Assembly (NCBI GenBank): GCA_963789595.1
Contig: CAWBLC010000001.1
Span: forward strand, 374,326 to 438,325
Source: an uncultured Pseudomonadota bacterium
GTDB taxonomy: Bacteria; Pseudomonadota; Alphaproteobacteria; Micropepsales; Micropepsaceae
DNA length: 64,000 nucleotides
Direction: 5' to 3'
This document shows, in pieces, positions 55,259 through 64,000 of this stretch. Below the pieces are notes generated by a model. It was not told where the DNA came from, did not search any database, and saw only the letters and a program-made list of their open reading frames with translations. The position numbers and the translations under genes are program-made. Each line of letters opens with the position of its first letter. Positions within the stretch are counted from its first letter, which is position 1.

Positions 55259-58200
55259 TCACGCGCTCCGGTCTTCGATGCCCGTGAGTGGATAGCGCGC
55301 AAGCAGAGCGGCAAGAACGTCCGGTCCGTTCGCGCCTGTCGGCACGAAGAGCCGAAGTTTCCAGGCGATGATTTCCGACATCAGCCCGAAGGTCTTGAGC
55401 CGGTCGACCATGCCGTCGCTGAATTCCATCAGTTCGATGCGATGCATGCCCATCACCTTCACGCGGCGAAGCTGCATTCCATCCTGCAGCGTGAGAATGG
55501 AGCGCCCATCGAGCACGGCCGACCAGGCGTCCGGTGCAGAGATGGCCACCGCGCCGGTGTCGGTGGCCGACGCCACCCAGGCAAGCGACACGGGACGGCC
55601 GATGATGCGTTCGCCGGCATCGGTCTGCAGGCGACAGACACGGCAATGTTCATTGGGCAGCCGCTTCCAGATGGGAAGCAGCAAGCCGGTGACGATATGC
55701 AAATCGCTCTCGGTATAGGGCGGCAATTCGGCGAGTTCGGCATTCCACGCATGTCTGAAGGTTTCCCGATCAGCGGCTTCCCAGTGGGTGTGATCGAGCG
55801 CCTCGATCGCGATGGCGTGACGTTCCATCGGCCGAAGCAGGCGCACACGCCGTTCGACCGATCCGTCATCGAGCATCGGGCTTGGTGCGCCGATCTGCAC
55901 CGCGGCACGGCCCGACTGGCTGTTGACCATCAGCCGGGCGCGAGGCTCGCGGGCGTAGTCCAGCGCTTCGTCCAATGTCAGAGGCTGGTTGCGGTCTCGG
56001 CGCCGGATGGTGAACACTTGGGTCTCGGCGTTGCTGCCGGGATGGGTGTAGAGCGTGCGCCGGTCCGTAATGATGAGGCTTTCGGCCGTGATGGTTTCAA
56101 GACCGCGGTCATAGATACCTGAGACGATCGCACCCTCGATCTTCGCGCGCAGCAAGCCTTCGAACACCTCGAAGAGATGGTTCTGCATGTCGATGGTGAG
56201 CGCGAGCAGCCGGTTGAGAAACGTGGTGATCGGCGGCAGTTCCTCGCGCAGGGTGCCGTCGCGATCGGTGAGCGACAGCCCGGTCGCTACCTCGAAACTT
56301 GTCAGGGAACATTGCTCGACCTTGCCATTGTAGAGAAGCAGATAGAGTTGCCGCAGCGCCGCGCGCGCGTAAGCGGATTCCAGATTGTCGTCGGCGCGAA
56401 ACAGGCCCTGACCGCCGGTCTGACGTTGACCTTTGGTGATGGCGCCGAGCGTATCGAGACGCCGGGCAATGGTGGAGAGAAACCGTTTCTCGGCCTTCAC
56501 ATTGGTGGCGATCGGGCGGAACAGCGGTGGCTGAGCCTGATTGGTGCGGTTGGAGCGGCCAAGGCCCTGGATCGCGGTATCGGCCTTCCACCCGGCTTCC
56601 AATAAATAATGTATGCGCAGGCGCCGATTCTTCGCGCCGAGATCGGCGTGATAGGAACGCCCCGTGCCGCCCGCGTCGGAAAAGACCAGGATCGGCTTCA
56701 CATCGTCCATGAAAGCCTGCGCCTCGGCGAGGTTCGCCGAGCCCGCGCGGTTCTCGACGCACAGGCGATTGGCTTTGCGCACGATACGTCGGCTGCGGCC
56801 GGTGACTTCAGCGACCTTGTCGGTCCCGAAGCGCTGCACGATCTGGTCGAGCGCGCCCTGCACGGGAGCGAGTGCTGCCAGATGCTCGATCATGCGATCG
56901 CGCCGTTCGACAGCCTCGCGCGATTGCACAGGGTTGCCGTCCTTATCGGACACCGGCCGCGACGAAAGATTGCCATCATCGTCGGTGAACGGCTCATAAA
57001 GCTGGGTTGGAAAGGAATGGCTCAGATAATCGAGAACGTATTCGCGCGGCGTGATATCGACGGAGACATCGTTCCATTCCTCAGTCGGAATTTCCGCGAG
57101 GCGCCGTTCCATCAGCGCTTCACCAGTCGAGACGATCTGGATCACGGCGGCATGGCCGCATTCCAGATCGCGCTCGACGGATCTGATCAGCGTCGGCGTC
57201 TTCATCGCCGTGATCAGATGGTTGAAGAATCGCTGCTTGGCGGATTCGAAGGCGGAGCGTGCGGCGGATTTGGCTTGGCCGTTCAGCGTGCCGCTCTCGC
57301 CGGTGACGTTGGCAGCCTGCAGCGCCGCGTCGAGATTGTTATGAATGACCTGGAAGGCCGACGCGTAGGCGTCATAGATGCGGGTCTGCTCAGGCGTGAG
57401 CTTGTGTTCGACGAGCTCGTATTCGACGCCTTCGTAGGATAGCGAACGCGCCATATAGAGCCCAAGCGCCTTCAGATCGCGCGCCAGGACTTCCATGGCG
57501 GCAACGCCGCCCGCTTCGATGGCTTCCACGAACTCCGGCCGCGTGGCGAACGGAAAATCCGTGCCGCCCCACAAGCCGAGACGCTGGGCATAAGCGAGAT
57601 TGTGCACGGTCGTCGCGCCGGTCGCCGAGACATAGACGATGCGGGCGTTCGGCAGCGCATGTTGCAGGCGCAAGCCCGCGCGCCCCTGTTGGGACGGTGC
57701 GGAGTCGCCGCGTTCGGAGGTCGAGCCCGCGGCATTGGCCATTGCATGGGATTCGTCGAACACGATGACGCCGTCGAAATCTCGGCCCAACCAATCCACG
57801 ATCTGCTGCACTCGGGAAGCCTTGTCCTCCTTCGCGTCGGAGCGCAGCGTGGCATAGGTGGTGAATAGGATGCCGTGCGCCAGACGGATCGCGGTCCCTT
57901 GGCGAAAGCGCGACAGCGGTGTAACCAACAAGCGTTCTTGCTCCAGCGCCGACCAGTCGCGTTGCGCGTCTTCGATCAGCTTGTCGGATTTGGAAATCCA
58001 TACCGCGCGCGTTCGGCCCTGACACCAATTGTCGAGCAGGATGCCCGCGACCTGGCGGCCTTTGCCGGCGCCCGTACCGTCGCCCAGCATCCAGCCGCGG
58101 CGAAAGCGAATTACGTCGGTCGCATCATCGGGCGCGGCCGAGACAACATCGAAGGTCTCGTCCACCGTCCATGCGCCTGCCAGAAACACGCCATGCGCTT

Positions 58201-59563
58201 CGCCCGCATAGATGACGCTTTCGAGCTGGGCGTCGGAGAGCATGCCGTGTTCGGTGATAATTGACGGCAGGCGCGGGCGATAGGCGGGTTTGGGTGGTGC
58301 GACCGACGCCATTGACGCCGATTGCACGAGTTTGGTCGGATGTGGCGGCGCGCCCGGAATGCGAATGGACTGGAGCGCATAGGTCTCATAGATCGCCTCG
58401 TTCAGATGGCCGTGATCGGCGGCGGTCCAATCGACCGTCTCATAAGCGAGTTCGACGCCGGTGATTTCGATCGGCGATTGCGAAACCGCAATGTGGGCCA
58501 CAGGTCTACGCACCGTGCCGCGCACGGCGGGCTGCGCGACGTGTTGCGACACAGCGACGGGCGCGCGCGGCGGAAGCTCGGCGATCCAGCCGAGCAGCGT
58601 CGCGGCATCGGGAGCCATGCCGCGCGAAGCCGGAAACACTTGCGCTTCTGCAGCCGGAATCTTGTCGATCACCGTGAGGCGAGTCTCGGTCGTCGTGCCG
58701 TGGCGCGCATAGACGCGGCCGTCGATGGAAGCGGAGAACACAATGCGGGCGCGTTCCTGCAGGCGCACGAAAGCGTCGCGCCAGGCAAGGCTGTCGGGTG
58801 CGAGATTGGCACCCGTGATGGCGACCAGGCGTCCACCATCGGAAAGACGTGCGAGTGCCGAAGCGATATGGCGCATCGCGGCATCGGCGACGCGCCCATC
58901 GACATGCGCCGCTGCCGAGAAGGGTGGATTCATCAGCACCACGCTCGGCTGCACCGATGCGTCGAGGAAATCGTGGATGTGCGCGGCGTCGCGCTGGGTC
59001 ACCGGCGCCGCAGGAAACAGGCCACGCAAAAGTGCGATGCGATTGCTGGCGAGTTCGTTGAGCGCGAGCCTGGCACCGGCAAGCTCGGCAAAGATCGCGA
59101 GCAGGCCCGTACCGGCGGACGGTTCGAGCACAAGATCCGCAGATGTGATCGCGGCGGCTTGGGCAGCGACAAACGCCAACGGAAGTGGCGTCGAGAATTG
59201 CTGCAACGCCTGGCTCTCTTCGGAGCGGCGCGTGTGGGTGGGAAAGAGAGACGCGATGCGCGCGTGCATTGCGAGTTCGCCCGCCGGAGACGCCGCGCGC
59301 GTGCGAATGGCGTTGCCGAATTTGCGTAAGAAAAGGATCTGCACGATCTCGCAGACATCGTACGCGGATTTCCAATCCCACAGGCCTTCGGCGTCGGTGC
59401 CGCCGAAGGCCGCGGTCATCGCCGCGCGCAACATCTCGGTGGAAATCGCTTCGCCGCGCGAGACCGGTCCCAGCAATTGCTCGGCGGCGTTGCGCATAAC
59501 GGGGAATGGATCAGGCGTAAGTGTTGCGGCCGCGAGTGCAGCCGCAGGAATCATCGAGTTCAT
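55259..59563 (-). CDS. Methyltransferase / strawberry-notch (SBNO) helicase-like fusion
   Basis: LEPSAGTG and MNPPF methyltransferase motifs; GDGTGAGKG, VFDESH, SATG and IQGLGRSNR helicase-like motifs. Confidence 0.92.
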   Translation of the reverse strand: MNSMIPAAALAAATLTPDPFPVMRNAAEQLLGPVSRGEAISTEMLRAAMTAAFGGTDAEGLWDWKSAYDVCEIVQILFLRKFGNAIRTRAASPAGELAMHARIASLFPTHTRRSEESQALQQFSTPLPLAFVAAQAAAITSADLVLEPSAGTGLLAIFAELAGARLALNELASNRIALLRGLFPAAPVTQRDAAHIHDFLDASVQPSVVLMNPPFSAAAHVDGRVADAAMRHIASALARLSDGGRLVAITGANLAPDSLAWRDAFVRLQERARIVFSASIDGRVYARHGTTTETRLTVIDKIPAAEAQVFPASRGMAPDAATLLGWIAELPPRAPVAVSQHVAQPAVRGTVRRPVAHIAVSQSPIEITGVELAYETVDWTAADHGHLNEAIYETYALQSIRIPGAPPHPTKLVQSASMASVAPPKPAYRPRLPSIITEHGMLSDAQLESVIYAGEAHGVFLAGAWTVDETFDVVSAAPDDATDVIRFRRGWMLGDGTGAGKGRQVAGILLDNWCQGRTRAVWISKSDKLIEDAQRDWSALEQERLLVTPLSRFRQGTAIRLAHGILFTTYATLRSDAKEDKASRVQQIVDWLGRDFDGVIVFDESHAMANAAGSTSERGDSAPSQQGRAGLRLQHALPNARIVYVSATGATTVHNLAYAQRLGLWGGTDFPFATRPEFVEAIEAGGVAAMEVLARDLKALGLYMARSLSYEGVEYELVEHKLTPEQTRIYDAYASAFQVIHNNLDAALQAANVTGESGTLNGQAKSAARSAFESAKQRFFNHLITAMKTPTLIRSVERDLECGHAAVIQIVSTGEALMERRLAEIPTEEWNDVSVDITPREYVLDYLSHSFPTQLYEPFTDDDGNLSSRPVSDKDGNPVQSREAVERRDRMIEHLAALAPVQGALDQIVQRFGTDKVAEVTGRSRRIVRKANRLCVENRAGSANLAEAQAFMDDVKPILVFSDAGGTGRSYHADLGAKNRRLRIHYLLEAGWKADTAIQGLGRSNRTNQAQPPLFRPIATNVKAEKRFLSTIARRLDTLGAITKGQRQTGGQGLFRADDNLESAYARAALRQLYLLLYNGKVEQCSLTSFEVATGLSLTDRDGTLREELPPITTFLNRLLALTIDMQNHLFEVFEGLLRAKIEGAIVSGIYDRGLETITAESLIITDRRTLYTHPGSNAETQVFTIRRRDRNQPLTLDEALDYAREPRARLMVNSQSGRAAVQIGAPSPMLDDGSVERRVRLLRPMERHAIAIEALDHTHWEAADRETFRHAWNAELAELPPYTESDLHIVTGLLLPIWKRLPNEHCRVCRLQTDAGERIIGRPVSLAWVASATDTGAVAISAPDAWSAVLDGRSILTLQDGMQLRRVKVMGMHRIELMEFSDGMVDRLKTFGLMSEIIAWKLRLFVPTGANGPDVLAALLARYPLTGIEDRSA

Positions 59564-59578
59564 GGCGAAGGCCTTCAG

Positions 59579-59650
59579 GAGAGCGGGGATGGGCGAACCG
59601 GGAGGCGCTCTCTTGGGTCCGCCCGGTTCAAACCCGTCCCGGCCGTCCTC
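59579..59650. repeat. Conserved ~72-bp leader, copy A
   Basis: Shares GAGAGCGGG, GCTCTCT, GGTCC, CCGGnTCAA and CCCGTCnCGGC, in the same order, with 60338-60412. Confidence 0.7.
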
Positions 59651-59947
59651 TCACTTTTGCGGATCGACCGGCACAAGATGCCAAAGCCAGCCGCCATTTC
59701 CGCCCAGAACCAGGAAGGGAACGACATAGTGGAGCTCGCGCTTGCACGCCGTGCATCGGCAAGGCGGGCGGATCGTTTTGTCCTTCCAGTCATCGATAGC
59801 GATGCCGGCGCCTTCGAAGAAGTTCAGCATGTGCCCGCAATTGGGACAGGCGTTTTTCTGGACGAGGCAACGCAGGATGTAGCGGCGCTGTTTCTCGATC
59901 GGATCGAGGTCCCGACGTTTGGTCACCAACAGTTCGGAGTTCTTCAT
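59651..59947 (-). CDS. Small double-CxxC (zinc-ribbon-like) hypothetical protein
   Basis: CPNC and CRCTAC motifs; ATGA-type overlap with the upstream gene. Confidence 0.6.
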   Translation of the reverse strand: MKNSELLVTKRRDLDPIEKQRRYILRCLVQKNACPNCGHMLNFFEGAGIAIDDWKDKTIRPPCRCTACKRELHYVVPFLVLGGNGGWLWHLVPVDPQK

Positions 59948-60324
59948 GGCCGGCCTCCGTGCGTCACCTGCTTCACCATGTGCGCGAGCGTCATGGGCTC
60001 ATGCAGAAGATCGAGCGATGCGAAATTGTTGGGACCGCCGACATAGTCTTTGCGGCCGTTGCAGGCACCGATGAGAATTCCGGAATCGAAACCGCCAAAC
60101 GGCTGGCTCGCCTGAATGTAGATGTGTTCGCCATGAAGCGCGATCTCGCCCGAGACCGCGATGCCAGCCATGTTCGAGCGCAGATCGTAACTCCCGGGCG
60201 GCAGATCGAGTACTTTGGCGAGAAGCGAAAGCTGACGGCGCGCAAGACGGTGGAACTCGCGTTTGCGCGCGTCGTCATAGGCGACGGATTTGCGGAAGTC
60301 GAAAGCGGAAGATGTCGTGGACAT
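59944..60324 (-). CDS. Conserved ICE hypothetical protein
   Basis: KREFHRLARRQL, YDLRSNMAGIAVSGEIALH, DYVGGPNNF. Confidence 0.75.
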   Translation of the reverse strand: MSTTSSAFDFRKSVAYDDARKREFHRLARRQLSLLAKVLDLPPGSYDLRSNMAGIAVSGEIALHGEHIYIQASQPFGGFDSGILIGACNGRKDYVGGPNNFASLDLLHEPMTLAHMVKQVTHGGRP

Positions 60325-60337
60325 TGGGAAAAACTCC

Positions 60338-60412
60338 GAGAGCGGGAGAATGGGAGAGGCGGCGGAGAAGCTCTCTCGGTCCCGGCCGGCTCAACCCGTC
60401 GCGGCGACCCTC
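60338..60412. repeat. Conserved ~72-bp leader, copy B
   Basis: Same block order as copy A; lies directly upstream of the 60324 start. Confidence 0.7.
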
Positions 60413-60434
60413 GACCTCTGGCGGCTTGGGCCAG

Positions 60435-60485
60435 CTACGCGAATCGCGTAGATTTTGGTTGCGGAGGACTACGCTAATCGCGTAG
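60435..60485. promoter_or_regulatory. Twin 17-bp palindromic operators of the TA pair
   Basis: CTACGCGAATCGCGTAG (60435-60451, perfect) and CTACGCTAATCGCGTAG (60469-60485), ending 1 bp before the toxin ATG. Confidence 0.75.
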
Positions 60486-60486
60486 T

Positions 60487-60768
60487 ATGGATATGGATTT
60501 CGAATGGGATGAGGCCAAGAGCGAAAAGAACCGCCAGGAACGCGGTTTCGGGTTCGATCTGGCGGCGCTGATCTTCGAAGGCCCGATCATCGAATGGTGC
60601 GATGTTCGGGAAGCCTGGGGCGAAGCGCGCGTTGTGACGGTCGGCTCTGTCGAGGGTGCCATTCTGGCGGTCATCTATACCGACCGCGGCGATGTCCGGC
60701 GCATCATCTCCGCACGCCGGGCACGGAAGAAGGAAGTTGAGCTATGGCAATGGTCCGTAAATCCTTGA
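60487..60768 (+). CDS. brnT: BrnT family toxin
   Basis: FEWDEAKSEKNRQERGFGF, GEAR, RRIISARRA. Confidence 0.9.
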   Translation: MDMDFEWDEAKSEKNRQERGFGFDLAALIFEGPIIEWCDVREAWGEARVVTVGSVEGAILAVIYTDRGDVRRIISARRARKKEVELWQWSVNP

Positions 60769-61094
60769 AGGCCATCAGAGCGTCGAAGCCCAGGATGGAC
60801 CGCGCGAAGTTCGATGCCACCACGGAGCGGGATATTCGCCGGCACATGATCGAGGATGGCGAGGATCCCGATCATGTTCCGTCGGTCGAGGAGATCTATT
60901 CGCCGCAAGCGATCCGCAAGCGCATGAAGATGACCCAGGCAGAATTCGCCCGTGCTTTGCGCATCCCGGTGGCGACGCTGCGCAATTGGGAACAGGGCCG
61001 CAATGCGATCGATCCGGCAGCGCGCTCGCTGCTTATGGTGGTTGCCCGCAATCCGCGCTCGGCGCTGGCGGCTTTGGCGGACCACGCCGCCTGA
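60744..61094 (+). CDS. Xre-HTH antitoxin (HigA-like)
   Basis: MTQAEFARALRIPVATLRNWEQGR; overlaps the toxin gene. Confidence 0.88.
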   Translation: MAMVRKSLKAIRASKPRMDRAKFDATTERDIRRHMIEDGEDPDHVPSVEEIYSPQAIRKRMKMTQAEFARALRIPVATLRNWEQGRNAIDPAARSLLMVVARNPRSALAALADHAA

Positions 61095-61118
61095 ACCGTT
61101 GCGCTGAGCGCTTGACGC

Positions 61119-61616
61119 TTACAGATCGATCCCTTCTTCGGCGAGGAAATCTGCGATGAAGTCGTGCGTGGATTTGCCTTTGATGCTGGTGGCGGTGATC
61201 AGCACAGCCATTCCACCGAATCCATCAGGGCGCATCTTGCTGCAGGTGAAAGCCGATACGACCGTGATGTAAGAGAGTGTCGCGGAACGCTTCACGATAT
61301 CCTGCAGGATGAACTCGTAGGAGGTCGCGCTAAAATCGATCTCGATTTCAGCGTCGTCGGATGACGCTTCCTGCAAAACCTTTCGCACGAAATCATTGGC
61401 GCTGCTTTCGATGGTCGTGGATTGTGTGAGTGCGGCTTCAAGCTCGCTGCGTGCGATCCAGATCATGTCGGACGGTGCGTCCTCGGCAAAAAAATACCAT
61501 CCGTCGCCGTCGCGTTCGGCGGAAAAGGTGGCGGAGAGTAACGCGCGTTCGAGGACCGTCATGTCGGAATCGGGAATCGTCTGCTGCACGATTGTCGGTG
61601 TGTAATAGTCAGCCAT
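61119..61616 (-). CDS. Conserved ICE hypothetical protein (acidic)
   Basis: MADYYTPTIVQQTIP; VSAFTCSKMRPDGFGGMAVLIT; GGAG RBS. Confidence 0.78.
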   Translation of the reverse strand: MADYYTPTIVQQTIPDSDMTVLERALLSATFSAERDGDGWYFFAEDAPSDMIWIARSELEAALTQSTTIESSANDFVRKVLQEASSDDAEIEIDFSATSYEFILQDIVKRSATLSYITVVSAFTCSKMRPDGFGGMAVLITATSIKGKSTHDFIADFLAEEGIDL

Positions 61617-61686
61617 GGTGAGTCTCCATAAAGCAGCAAACCCGGCGCTTGGCCGGATTGCTGCGGGTTGCAGGTTGAGATGCGGA

Positions 61687-62049
61687 TCAAGCCGTTGCCG
61701 CGAAGGGGTCGACATCGCGATGGATGGGCTGGGCGCGGCCCATCCAGGGTTCCGGGCGAATACATCGGGTCCAATCGGCGAAGCTCGGGATGAAGCCGAG
61801 ATCTTCGCGGACATGCTGTTCGCCGATCAGGCGCACCGGGACGACGCGCCCGCTGGAGATGGTGATTGTGGCGCCGAAGAATCGCTCCAGCATGAAGATG
61901 CCTTCGGCGTGATGGCGCAGCGCCCGATGACGGAAGTCGGCGGTGATGGCCTTGGACTCATCGAACCATTGATGCAATGCCAGATAGTCTTGCGCCTCGC
62001 CGCCCCATTTCTTCACCGAGGACAGCGCATGGTGATAGCAATGACCCAT
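61687..62049 (-). CDS. His-rich hypothetical protein (DUF6915-like)
   Basis: MGHCYHHALSSVKKWGG, LHQWFDESK, RHRALRHHAEG, EQHVREDLG. Confidence 0.8.
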   Translation of the reverse strand: MGHCYHHALSSVKKWGGEAQDYLALHQWFDESKAITADFRHRALRHHAEGIFMLERFFGATITISSGRVVPVRLIGEQHVREDLGFIPSFADWTRCIRPEPWMGRAQPIHRDVDPFAATA

Positions 62050-62060
62050 GATCGCCTCCC

Positions 62061-62531
62061 TCAGAAGATATGCTGGGTGTATTCGGAGGATTCGTAGCGC
62101 TCGTTGTAGTCGAGCGTGATCGTCCGCGCAGCGACATCGAACGTGAAATCGCCATAAGCGCCTTCGTTGTTTTCCCATCCACCATGCGTCTCTTCGAGAG
62201 CGTCGTAGGAGAGCGCTTCGATCGCGTCGCGCAATGAACAGGAGTCGTGGTGCGTCTCCGGCTCGCCCCACCGGGGTTGCGCAATCTCGATTGCGCCGGA
62301 TGGGATCTCAGCATCGGCGTCGCCGGCGTAGGCCGCGATGTCTTCGATCTGGCCGCTATCGCCATAGCCGTCGAAGTGCACAACGACCTTGGTGATCCCG
62401 GCTGCTGAGAGAGCGTCGAAAAGCGCGGTCTTGTTGCCAGTGCGCACGGTGTCACACAATTCGCCGTAGGCACGGCTCTGAGCGAGAATGTCGATGGCTG
62501 TTTGGGGTAATTCGCGATGATCGTCTGTCAT
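62061..62531 (-). CDS. Acidic hypothetical protein (DUF6878-like)
   Basis: VVVHFDGYGDSGQIE, HGGWENNEGAYG. Confidence 0.8.
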   Translation of the reverse strand: MTDDHRELPQTAIDILAQSRAYGELCDTVRTGNKTALFDALSAAGITKVVVHFDGYGDSGQIEDIAAYAGDADAEIPSGAIEIAQPRWGEPETHHDSCSLRDAIEALSYDALEETHGGWENNEGAYGDFTFDVAARTITLDYNERYESSEYTQHIF

Positions 62532-62614
62532 AGTGTTCTCCAAAGATGGAGAACCCGGCGCCCCATCGACAAGCTGAGGAGGCCGGGCTCGAAGTTTGTG
62601 GATGGGGTGACGAG

Positions 62615-64000
62615 TTACTCGGCGGCTTGCGCCGATGGCTCCTCGGTAAGGAAGGTGGGTAACGCTTCCGCTTCCGCCGCCGCAGGTGATGGATCGATCT
62701 GGCGCAGTGGTTCCGGCAACCAGCCGGTGCCGTCGAGCAGCCGTTCGGCTTCCTTCGCCATCTCGCCCTTCTTGAGATGATCGATCAGCTGCGCCGATTG
62801 CTCGCCTTTGGCTTCCCGCACCGCTTCGAGAATGCGCGGCTTGGTCACACGGCCGAGATAGTTTTCGACTGTTGGCCGCCAGCCTGCCGCCACCATGTCG
62901 AGGTCGACAGCGTTGGCCAAACGATCGGCCTGTTCAATGCGCCGCTCGATTGTAGAATGGGATGGGCCGGAGCCGCCGTGACGATCCCCGCGTTCGTGGA
63001 GCGCCGTAACGCCAAGCGAGACGCAATGGGCAAGCAGCGCCGCGCGCTTTTCGTCGTCGAGGTTGACAACATAGTCCCACAGCGCGTCGTCGCTGTCCGG
63101 CATTTGTGCCTTCCAGTACTCCTGCCGCTCGGCGATTGCGCGCGCCGATGCACTGTCTTTCAGATCCGGCGCCTGGATCGGCAGATAGACATGGCGAACT
63201 GATGCTTCAAGACAGGCGCCGTAGCTGCCGTGATAGAAGCAGTCGAGACAGAGTTTGTGCAGAAGTGCCGTCATAGCGACGCGCGGATGGCTGGCCAAAG
63301 CATCCTGAAGCGCTAGCGTGCGATGGGCAGTGAGTTCGCTGACAAGCCGGTCAGGCAGCGGCTTGATGCTGTCTTCGTCTTCGGCATCATCTTCCTCGCT
63401 GGCGCCGACGGTGATGACAGTGTTATGGGGCGTGGTTTCCGGCGCGCCTTGCGTCTCGTTCGCTTCGCCGGCTTCATTCTCGCCGGGTTCGTCCGACGCT
63501 TCATCTTCGCTCCGGACAAAGCCCCGTTCGACACACAATGCGCCATCATGGCTCAGACCGATGAAGACGCCGGCGCTGGCCTTGTCGGCCGCATCATAAA
63601 GACGTGGCCGGTTCTCGAAGGCCTCCAGGGCGGTTTCGATCTCACCGAGGCGTGCATCGACTTCGTCCGGGAGCTCTTCCGCCTGTGCGTATTGCTCTTC
63701 GAGCCGATCTTGCTCCGCGCGCAAGGTCTCGCGCTCTGCATATTCGTCTTCGCTGAGATCTTGCGCCGTGCCTGCGATGCGGCGCATGCAGGTGTCGTAC
63801 CCATAAGGGAAGTTGACCGCGACATTGATCCACTTCCAGCCTTCGGCGGCGATTTCGGCTGCTGCCGCCTTGAGCTTCTCGGTGACGAGCCTGTCCAGCA
63901 ATCCAGGATCCTGAAGCCAACCGCCATCGTCTTCATCGAAGAGATCGCGCATGACGATGCCACCGGCAGCTTCATAGGCTTCGATGCCCACGAAGCGCGC
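62615..64000 (-). CDS. parB: C-terminal part of the ICE ParB-family protein
   Basis: YEAAGG..MRDLF..DDGGWLQD, ENYLGRVTK.RILEAVRE, KKGEMA.EAERLL..TGWLPEPL; open to the window edge. Confidence 0.88.
   Translation of the reverse strand, partial: ARFVGIEAYEAAGGIVMRDLFDEDDGGWLQDPGLLDRLVTEKLKAAAAEIAAEGWKWINVAVNFPYGYDTCMRRIAGTAQDLSEDEYAERETLRAEQDRLEEQYAQAEELPDEVDARLGEIETALEAFENRPRLYDAADKASAGVFIGLSHDGALCVERGFVRSEDEASDEPGENEAGEANETQGAPETTPHNTVITVGASEEDDAEDEDSIKPLPDRLVSELTAHRTLALQDALASHPRVAMTALLHKLCLDCFYHGSYGACLEASVRHVYLPIQAPDLKDSASARAIAERQEYWKAQMPDSDDALWDYVVNLDDEKRAALLAHCVSLGVTALHERGDRHGGSGPSHSTIERRIEQADRLANAVDLDMVAAGWRPTVENYLGRVTKPRILEAVREAKGEQSAQLIDHLKKGEMAKEAERLLDGTGWLPEPLRQIDPSPAAAEAEALPTFLTEEPSAQAAE

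Larger units (their letters stand above)
15510..64000. mobile_element. dusA-integrated ICE of the Tn4371/ICEMlSym-like type (right end outside the window)
   Basis: Integrase at dusA; trbBCDEJLFGI, VirD4, MOB-P relaxase, TraF, RdfS, FseA/QseM/QseC, toprim, strawberry-notch and ParB genes in conserved order. Confidence 0.93.

Noticed and set aside
1-64000. CRISPR array, tRNA/rRNA genes, IS transposases, integron attC array
   Set aside because: No regularly spaced repeat-spacer units, cloverleafs, rRNA signatures or transposase ORFs were seen. The repeats found are two-copy leaders or local palindromes.

Overview
The window is high-GC alphaproteobacterial chromosome (about 1-15.5 kb) followed by roughly 48.5 kb of an integrative conjugative element (ICE) that continues past the right edge. 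Host part: N-terminus of a PleC-like sensor kinase, pepN, an M48 peptidase/YjgN pair, a conserved hypothetical with a CtrA-type box, two acyl-CoA dehydrogenases separated by a nested palindromic repeat, VOC, DUF1289, cobA, pgm/pmm, a TauE exporter and dusA. Two small AT-richer insertions lie among these genes: a COG4185/zeta-like ATPase with a small partner gene, and a solo HEPN-like gene. The ICE sits in the 5' end of dusA and appears to supply a replacement dusA start. It carries a tyrosine integrase, an ECF sigma-FecR-TonB receptor-porin-GNAT-like cargo cassette, LysR, a P-type trb T4SS whose trbK is reduced to a 25-codon stub, VirD4 and a MOB-P relaxase. An ICEMlSym-type switch is present (rdfS, fseA split by a programmed +1 frameshift, qseM, qseC). 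The ParB/strawberry-notch/toprim region has genes preceded by repeated long hairpins. The variable slot between virD4 and the relaxase holds Hachiman (hamAB) and, divergently, a three-gene operon: an unrecognised 431-aa Cys/His-motif protein, an Xre/MbcA antitoxin and a RES toxin. That operon is the best candidate for an undescribed system. No tRNA, rRNA or CRISPR array was seen. All family assignments come from motif recognition by eye; no database searches were run.
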